The notes below the pieces were generated by a model. That model saw nothing but the letters and a program-made list of their open reading frames with translations, was not told the origin of the DNA and made no database searches. The translations under genes were made by a program, and so were the position numbers. Positions 58,497-64,000 of a DNA stretch of 64,000 bases are shown one piece after another; the stretch's first letter is position 1, and each line of letters begins with the position of its first letter. Source of the DNA: an uncultured Verrucomicrobiae bacterium (lineage in GTDB: Bacteria; Verrucomicrobiota; Verrucomicrobiia; Palsa-1439); the NCBI GenBank assembly GCA_963836315.1, contig CAWIJG010000002.1:1699791-1763790 (forward strand). The letters are read 5' to 3'.

Positions 58497-59474
58497 ATGT
58501 CCGATACGGGTTCACCCTTAGAAACCACGCGTGCACACCGTCCGATACTCGTAACCGGGTCACACCGATCCGGGACAACCTGGGTAGGGAAAATCATCAG
58601 TTCGTCCCCGACGGTGGGCTATATTCAGGAACCGTTTAACATCCACTGCCGACCCGGGCGATGCACTGCGCGATTTCCGTACTGGTTCCAATACATATGT
58701 GAAGAGAACGAAGAACAGTACCTCCATCATATCGAACAGACCCTTCAGTTCCGCTATCACGTTGGGGAGGAAATCGGGGTCATGCGCGGGCCTCGGGACG
58801 CGGCCCGGATGGTGCGGGACCTCTGGCGATTTCAGTTTCATCGGATCAACCGCCATCGCCCGCTGCTCCGTGATCCCTTTGCGTTCTACTCGGCGGAATG
58901 GCTCGCCAAACGGTTTGCCTTCGATGTGGTGGTTCTAATCCGTCAGCCATCTGCGTTTGTGGCGAGCGTCAAGCTGCTCCAGTGGGAGCATCCATTCGAT
59001 CATTTCCTCAAACAACCCCTCTTGATGCGCGATCATCTGGGCGCGTTTGAAGGCGAGATCCGTGAGTTTGCGGAGCGGAAGCAGGCCGTCGTAGATCAGG
59101 CCATTCTGCTATGGCGATTGACTCACAGCGTTATCATCCGTTATCGCGACAGGCATCCGGAATGGATCTTCGCCCGTCACCGCGATCTTTCGTTGAACCC
59201 GTTGTCGGAATTTCCCCAGATTTTTGCGCGGCTGAACCTGCCCTACGGAGTCCGTGAAGAGATCAATACGCGCCATTACTGCATGGCGGAGGCAAGACGA
59301 ACCAGATATGTTTGGGATGACGTCGTTCGCAACTCGGCGCGGAACGTGAGCTTATGGCGAAAAGTATTGACCGATGAGGAGTTGGAGCGGGTGCGTGAAA
59401 GGTGCTACGACATCGCGCAACACTTCTTTTCGAAGGAGGAAATGCCTGCCATCGGGCTCGTGCCGGGAGCGTAG
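58497..59474 (+). CDS. PAPS-dependent sulfotransferase family protein
   Basis: 5'-PSB P-loop-like motif ILVTGSHRSGTTWVGKI near the N-terminus, and a 3'-PB-like region (VVVLIRQPSAFVASV). 325 aa. Confidence 0.65.
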   Translation: MSDTGSPLETTRAHRPILVTGSHRSGTTWVGKIISSSPTVGYIQEPFNIHCRPGRCTARFPYWFQYICEENEEQYLHHIEQTLQFRYHVGEEIGVMRGPRDAARMVRDLWRFQFHRINRHRPLLRDPFAFYSAEWLAKRFAFDVVVLIRQPSAFVASVKLLQWEHPFDHFLKQPLLMRDHLGAFEGEIREFAERKQAVVDQAILLWRLTHSVIIRYRDRHPEWIFARHRDLSLNPLSEFPQIFARLNLPYGVREEINTRHYCMAEARRTRYVWDDVVRNSARNVSLWRKVLTDEELERVRERCYDIAQHFFSKEEMPAIGLVPGA

Positions 59475-59989
59475 AATGGCGGGTCGCGGACGTGCCAGCC
59501 CGGCTCCGCTTCTTCGCGACGAACGGAATCGCTGCGGCGGCACTGCCAAGCGCTCCCGCTGTCCCTTCCTCAAGGCGTGACTTTGGGGCGCGGCTTTTGT
59601 ATTTTGAACCTCGCCAGACTTGAGATCGGCGCCGGCATGACCTCTGGGACGGTAAGAATGCTCACGAGCACCACAAGACCAAAAGAAGTGATTATCGCCA
59701 CGCGGATGCGACCGCAGAGGGACGCGGGGGTTCAAGTGCGCTTCAACGTTTCTCAGGTCGATGAATGGGCTTCCAAAGGGAAGATCCGCTCGGGGGACAC
59801 CCTGCACCGGGCCATTCGACGACGCGAGCGGGACGCCCTGCCACGGCTGGATGGGATTGCGTTTATCTCCGATTTTGTTGGGGGGAAGTGTCCCGCCGCA
59901 TTCTCGATGCGAAGCGGGTTCCAGCGGTGGTTATCTCGAGTCTTATCGAGAAAACAGATCAACCAAATTCTTCCTCACCGGGGAACGAT

Positions 59990-60184
59990 TTGATCAAAAT
60001 TATTGGCACGTTGGGGCCGCGCAACAACCAACAGTTCTTGCTCAAGGTGCTGGCCAAGAAGCTGGGCAAACAATACAGGCTTTCCTTATTTGACGAGTCC
60101 GTCATGGGACAACGCCTTTTGAGCTTCTTTTTGCGGTCAAACGGCGTCTTTGGGTGGGGATTCAACTCCTTCTCGGAATCATGA
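59990..60184 (+). CDS. Possible small ORF (64 aa) translationally coupled (ATGA) to the YfhO gene
   Basis: LIKIIGTLGPRNNQQFLLKVLAKKLGKQYRLSLFDESVMGQRLLSFFLRSNGVFGWGFNSFSES. AT-richer than surroundings. TTG start only. Could be a 5' gene fragment or spurious. Confidence 0.2.
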   Translation: MIKIIGTLGPRNNQQFLLKVLAKKLGKQYRLSLFDESVMGQRLLSFFLRSNGVFGWGFNSFSES

Positions 60185-62592
60185 AATCGCGACTATGCAC
60201 TATGGGCTGGCTGGCTTTGCTCTCCGGGGTGATCCTGTTCTTCTTTCACGAGACGATTATGGACGGGTTCAGCTTGGTACCAACCGACGTACTTAACCGC
60301 TTGATGGCACCCTACAACCACGGGGTTCAGGACTTCCGCGTGCAGAACCACTACACATGGGATATTGTGCGCATGGATTACGCGTTCGCCGAGTTCGCGC
60401 AGGAACGAATGCGTGCGGGCGAAGTGCCACTGTGGAACCCGTATATCTACGGTGGGCACCCGCACATGGCCGTGAGCATGCACGGTGTATTCAACCCTTT
60501 CAAAGTGCTCTATTTGTTTTTGTCTGCCGAGCGCGCCTTTAGTCTCGTCATCGTGTTGGAGTTGTGGCTGGCCGGCTTGTTGATGTTCGCGTTCTTGCGG
60601 GAACTGGGGCGGTCGCACCCCGCGGCGTTTCTGGGAGGTGTCGCGTACGCGCTGAACAGCGGGTTCCTGATGTGGTACTGGAGGGTGCCGAGCACCATGG
60701 CGTGGGCGCCGCTGATACTGATGCTGGTGGAACGCTCGGTCCGTCGAGAGGCGTGGTGGGGATATGCCGTCGGGGCAGGAGGCATACTGGGTCTGGCGAT
60801 GATCAGCGGCAGCATCCAAGCGGCCTCACATCTGGGGTTCCTCTGTGTCATCTACATGGTTGGCACAGTGGTTTCTCGCGACAACGAGAGCCGGGCCAAA
60901 TCGCTGCAACGAGCCGGCGTGGTTCTACTGGTTGGCATGCTGCTGTATGCGGTGCAACTGTTGCCGACAACCGAGTTGGTGCTGAATGGAGGCATACACC
61001 GGATTCAGGAGACAGGGCCGAAAATGAACTTGCGCCGCACGGTTCTGGACATTCCCTTTCTGTTGACGTTTATGTTCCCGGGGTTGGCCGGCTCGACGGA
61101 ATCCTATTCGTTGGGCAAGGCGTTTGGGGTCGACATTATAGACTTCACCAGCTACGTCGGAATCGTGCCGTTCGTGTTGTTTGTGATTGGGGCAGTGACC
61201 GCGCGAGTACGGCCGGCCCGCTGGTTGGTGCTGACGGCTGGCGCCGTGGTCGTCATCCTCGTATTCACACCATTGGCGCGGTTTCTGTATTATCGGTTCT
61301 TCATTGTCGCCACCTTTGCCATGTCGGTGCTGGCGGCCTATGGGATGGACGCATTGCTGGATGCATCCGCTGCCCACAGCCGGACGATTGGTCGATGGCT
61401 GTTCGGGATGATGGTCGTGGGGCTGGCGGTAGCGATCGGGCTGCTCGCCGTGCAATGGATTGTTGCCACGAACTGGAACCGGTTGTTGGAGGCCGGCCAA
61501 AAATACATCTTGAGCCATGAGGGCACGGCGACGTTCAGTATTCGGCAGTGGCAATTGGACCGCGTGGAATTGTTTCTGCGGCATTACCGGATCACGAATG
61601 TGGTTTTTTGGCTGCCGTTAACATTTCTGGCTGGCACTGTCTTGGGATGGCGGGCGTATGTGCGTGGGTGGCTGAGCCGAAATGCATTCGTTGCCGCACT
61701 GCTCATCTTCACCGTGACGGATTTGACGGTGCTGGGGCGAGAAATGGTGCCGCAGGTTGATCTGCGGCAGTTTCCACTGTATCCAGAGATGGAGACGATC
61801 CGAACGGTGCAGGCAGATCCCGGCCTTTTCCGCGTGGAGCAGTGGGAGCCGGGGAACACCCTCTTTTTTGCGCAAAACGTGCTGTTCGCGTATGGCCTAT
61901 CCACCATCAGGAACGAAGATTCCATGGTACCCGAGAACGGGCTCTCACTGCCGTACCGTTTGGACGGGCAGTGGACCGCCCTCGCTGATCTTCTCAACAT
62001 CAAGTACATTCTTGTCCCAGACCCGGTCACGCTCCCAAAAGACCGCTTTTCGTTCGTTCAGCAGAGCCAAGGCGTCCGGCTATACCGCAACGACCGGTGC
62101 CTGCCACGGCTGCAGTTTATTCCTGGCTGGAAGGCGGCGCGGAGCCATGAGGAAGTATTGACAGCGATGAGCGCGCCGACTTTTGACCCGCGCCAGGTGG
62201 TGTTCATCGAAACCGGTTCGGCACCGCCGATCGCCGGTGCACCGACCGAACCAGGCTTGTCGACAACCCCGGCCACGGTGCAAGTGGAACAATACGCGCC
62301 GCGTCGAGTACGCGCGCATGTCCACTGCACCCAACCGGGTGTGGTCCTGTTGGCGGATGCGTTTTATCCTGGTTGGTACGCGACGGTTGACGGCGCGCCC
62401 GCGCCCATCTATCGCGCCGATTACGTGATGCGGGCGGTATTCGTGGCTGCGGGCGACCACGAGATCGAGTTTCACTACGTACCGCTGTCGTTTCGACTGG
62501 GCGCGACGATCAGCGGCGTCACGTTGGCCGGCCTAGCGCTAATGGGGCTATTGCGCGGGATGCGTCGGCGGATTGCCCGCGGGAAAGCATGA
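60181..62592 (+). CDS. yfhO: YfhO-family polytopic membrane protein (GT-C-like glycosyltransferase candidate) with C-terminal periplasmic domain and terminal TM anchor
   Basis: ~800 aa, ~14 TM helices. Conserved YfhO N-terminal region (DIVRMDYAFAEFAQERMRAGEVPLWNPYIYGGHPHMA). C-terminal beta-rich soluble domain, then a final TM (GVTLAGLALMGLL). Start taken at MKSRLC (60181) rather than the GTG at 60154. Confidence 0.7.
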   Translation: MKSRLCTMGWLALLSGVILFFFHETIMDGFSLVPTDVLNRLMAPYNHGVQDFRVQNHYTWDIVRMDYAFAEFAQERMRAGEVPLWNPYIYGGHPHMAVSMHGVFNPFKVLYLFLSAERAFSLVIVLELWLAGLLMFAFLRELGRSHPAAFLGGVAYALNSGFLMWYWRVPSTMAWAPLILMLVERSVRREAWWGYAVGAGGILGLAMISGSIQAASHLGFLCVIYMVGTVVSRDNESRAKSLQRAGVVLLVGMLLYAVQLLPTTELVLNGGIHRIQETGPKMNLRRTVLDIPFLLTFMFPGLAGSTESYSLGKAFGVDIIDFTSYVGIVPFVLFVIGAVTARVRPARWLVLTAGAVVVILVFTPLARFLYYRFFIVATFAMSVLAAYGMDALLDASAAHSRTIGRWLFGMMVVGLAVAIGLLAVQWIVATNWNRLLEAGQKYILSHEGTATFSIRQWQLDRVELFLRHYRITNVVFWLPLTFLAGTVLGWRAYVRGWLSRNAFVAALLIFTVTDLTVLGREMVPQVDLRQFPLYPEMETIRTVQADPGLFRVEQWEPGNTLFFAQNVLFAYGLSTIRNEDSMVPENGLSLPYRLDGQWTALADLLNIKYILVPDPVTLPKDRFSFVQQSQGVRLYRNDRCLPRLQFIPGWKAARSHEEVLTAMSAPTFDPRQVVFIETGSAPPIAGAPTEPGLSTTPATVQVEQYAPRRVRAHVHCTQPGVVLLADAFYPGWYATVDGAPAPIYRADYVMRAVFVAAGDHEIEFHYVPLSFRLGATISGVTLAGLALMGLLRGMRRRIARGKA

Positions 62593-62796
62593 CGTGTCCA
62601 CGCTCGCTTTCTCGCGAATACGTCACGGTGCCGTGGCGAGATTCATCTCATTTGATGGCTACGCGCCACCGTCGGCCGGAATGATTCTGGCCAGTCTCGA
62701 CAGGTCTTGGTTGCTGGGATAGAGTGGCGCCACGATGCCAAGAATCGTTCAGTGTGTCACGCCTCACCGAATGAATATTACTCCCGTGCGTTGAGG

Positions 62797-64000
62797 ATGA
62801 AGGTCTCCATCATCACGCCGTCTTTCAATCAGGCGCGATTTCTGCCGGAGACGCTGCGTTCCGTTCGCGGGCAAACCCACCCGCACATTGAGCACATCAT
62901 CGTGGATGGAGGATCAACGGACGGTTCGGTGGATATTCTTCGGGCGGCGCCTAGCATTCGTTGGGTGTCGGAGAGTGATCGTGGACAAGTGGATGCGATC
63001 AATAAGGGCTTCTCACTCGCCACTGGTGAGGTTCTCGCGTGGTTGAACTCCGATGACACGCTGGATCCCGATGCCGTTCGCCTCGCCGTAGAGGCGCTGC
63101 AGCGCACGGGCGCGGATCTGGTGTACGGCGACCTGCGCATTATTGATGCGGAGGGTACGCACATACGGATGTTCTATGGCATCCCGTTTGACTATCGGAC
63201 GCTGCTATACGGCATCAATTACATCGGGCAGCAGACGGCATTTTCCCGTCGCACGCTTCTGGGAAACGCCGGTCCACTGCGCGCTGAGTATGACAATGGT
63301 TTTGACTACGAGTTGTGGCTGCGCATGGCCCGGTACGGGCGGCTGGTGTATGTGCCGCAGGTGCGCGGGCAAATTCGCTGGCATGTCGACGCCAAGTCGG
63401 TCGTCCGCGCGCAACGGACATGGACCGATACAGACCGGATTCGGCGGGAATACTGGCGTACGGGCGGATTGCCGGCGTTCTTGGCGCGGCGGCCCTGGGC
63501 CGGGGTCGTCAACTGGTATTACCGTCTGAAGCGCATTTGGCGGATTCGGAAAGCGTCGCGGACGCGAGAACGGCCGCGCATTCTGGTGTTGGGCTATCTG
63601 CCGCCGCCGATTCACGGCCCGGCCATCACGTTTCAATCGCTGTTACGGTCTCCGTTTGCCCGGCAGTTCGATGTGAGCTTTGTGAACCTGAACGTGGTGC
63701 GAGACTACCGGGAGTTGGAGGTATTTCACTGGCGCAAGCTGGCCCGGCTGGGCCGGCTGATCGGGACCGAATGGTGGCGCCTCACGAGCCAGCAGTTCGA
63801 CTTTGTATTGTACCCGATCTCGATCAACCGCAACGCTTTTCTCAAGGATGCGCTCTTGCTGGCCATCGTTCGGGCATTTCGCGTGCCGGTTGTCCTCTGT
63901 GGCCTCGGCAACAATCTGCCGGAGTTTCGCGATAAATCCCCGCGCTGGCTGCGGTGCGTGATCGACTGGACGGTTCGTGGCGCGGTGGCGGCGACGGTGC
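62797..64000 (+). CDS. Bifunctional glycosyltransferase: N-terminal GT2 domain fused to a GT4-like (GT-B) domain; 3' end outside window
   Basis: MKVSIITPSFNQARFLPETLRSV...HIIVDGGSTDGS...WLNSDD (GT2). From ~aa 270, RPRILVLGYLPPPIHGPAITFQSL...FRVPVVLCGLGN resembles a GT4 N-terminal domain. The ORF is open to the window end. Confidence 0.7.
   Translation, partial: MKVSIITPSFNQARFLPETLRSVRGQTHPHIEHIIVDGGSTDGSVDILRAAPSIRWVSESDRGQVDAINKGFSLATGEVLAWLNSDDTLDPDAVRLAVEALQRTGADLVYGDLRIIDAEGTHIRMFYGIPFDYRTLLYGINYIGQQTAFSRRTLLGNAGPLRAEYDNGFDYELWLRMARYGRLVYVPQVRGQIRWHVDAKSVVRAQRTWTDTDRIRREYWRTGGLPAFLARRPWAGVVNWYYRLKRIWRIRKASRTRERPRILVLGYLPPPIHGPAITFQSLLRSPFARQFDVSFVNLNVVRDYRELEVFHWRKLARLGRLIGTEWWRLTSQQFDFVLYPISINRNAFLKDALLLAIVRAFRVPVVLCGLGNNLPEFRDKSPRWLRCVIDWTVRGAVAATV

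Noticed and set aside
1-64000. Search for tRNA/rRNA genes, transposases, integrases, toxin-antitoxin or known defence-system genes (restriction-modification, Cas, abortive-infection ATPases)
   Set aside because: No T-loop-like GTTCGAATCC/GGTTCRANTCC motifs in intergenic regions. No ORF with DDE/tyrosine-recombinase, HNH, PD-(D/E)xK or AAA+ defence signatures was recognised. All large ORFs are accounted for by efflux, lipid, envelope or glycan functions.

Overview
High-GC (about 60%) bacterial chromosomal segment with no rRNA, tRNA, CRISPR array, transposase or integrase that I could recognise. Gene content (Bat aerotolerance operon, planctomycete-type CxxCH cytochrome domain, FkbM, YfhO) suggests the PVC superphylum (Planctomycetes/Verrucomicrobia) or Acidobacteria; this taxonomic guess is inference only.

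The first ~34 kb is housekeeping and envelope-related:
- 3' end of a batB-batC-batD-batE operon (vWA, TPR, SH3b proteins).
- A TetR-regulated RND-MFP-NodT efflux operon, with a nested palindromic operator upstream of tetR.
- A minus-strand mdtA-mdtB-mdtC-like heteromeric RND operon, followed by a cytochrome b562-like gene and a c-type-cytochrome membrane protein.
- psd-pssA (pssA interrupted at a G7 homopolymer), a LysE exporter, lpxD and a YihY/BrkB membrane protein.
- A TadE/TadG(vWA) pair, an ECF-type sigma factor with a C-terminal (NG)9 tail encoded by a hexanucleotide microsatellite, an aldo-keto reductase, a sugar-phosphate isomerase and a Gfo/Idh/MocA dehydrogenase.
- A 1.4-kb repeat-rich intergenic region with a low-GC island.

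From about 34.4 kb to the window end there is a large, mosaic glycan biosynthesis and decoration locus:
- Two secreted GH5-like hydrolases.
- A segmental duplication of an FkbM-methyltransferase plus GT1 unit, with reciprocal decay of the two copies.
- Two CDP-paratose-epimerase-like SDRs.
- Two separate polyprenyl-phosphate-sugar synthase (GT2) plus GT-C transferase pairs: DPM1-like with an ArnT/PMT-like protein, and CsbB/ArnC-like with YfhO.
- An SDR plus GMC flavoprotein pair next to the membrane-anchored GT2, a DprE1/DprE2-like arrangement.
- A Wzx flippase, a Wzy/ligase-like protein, a hexapeptide acetyltransferase, GT4 and GT2 transferases, a PAPS-type sulfotransferase and a GT2-GT4 fusion running off the window.

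Three coding sequences carry apparent 1-bp frameshifts (pssA, the tadG-like vWA gene, the AKR). These could be assembly errors or real pseudogenisation or phase variation.
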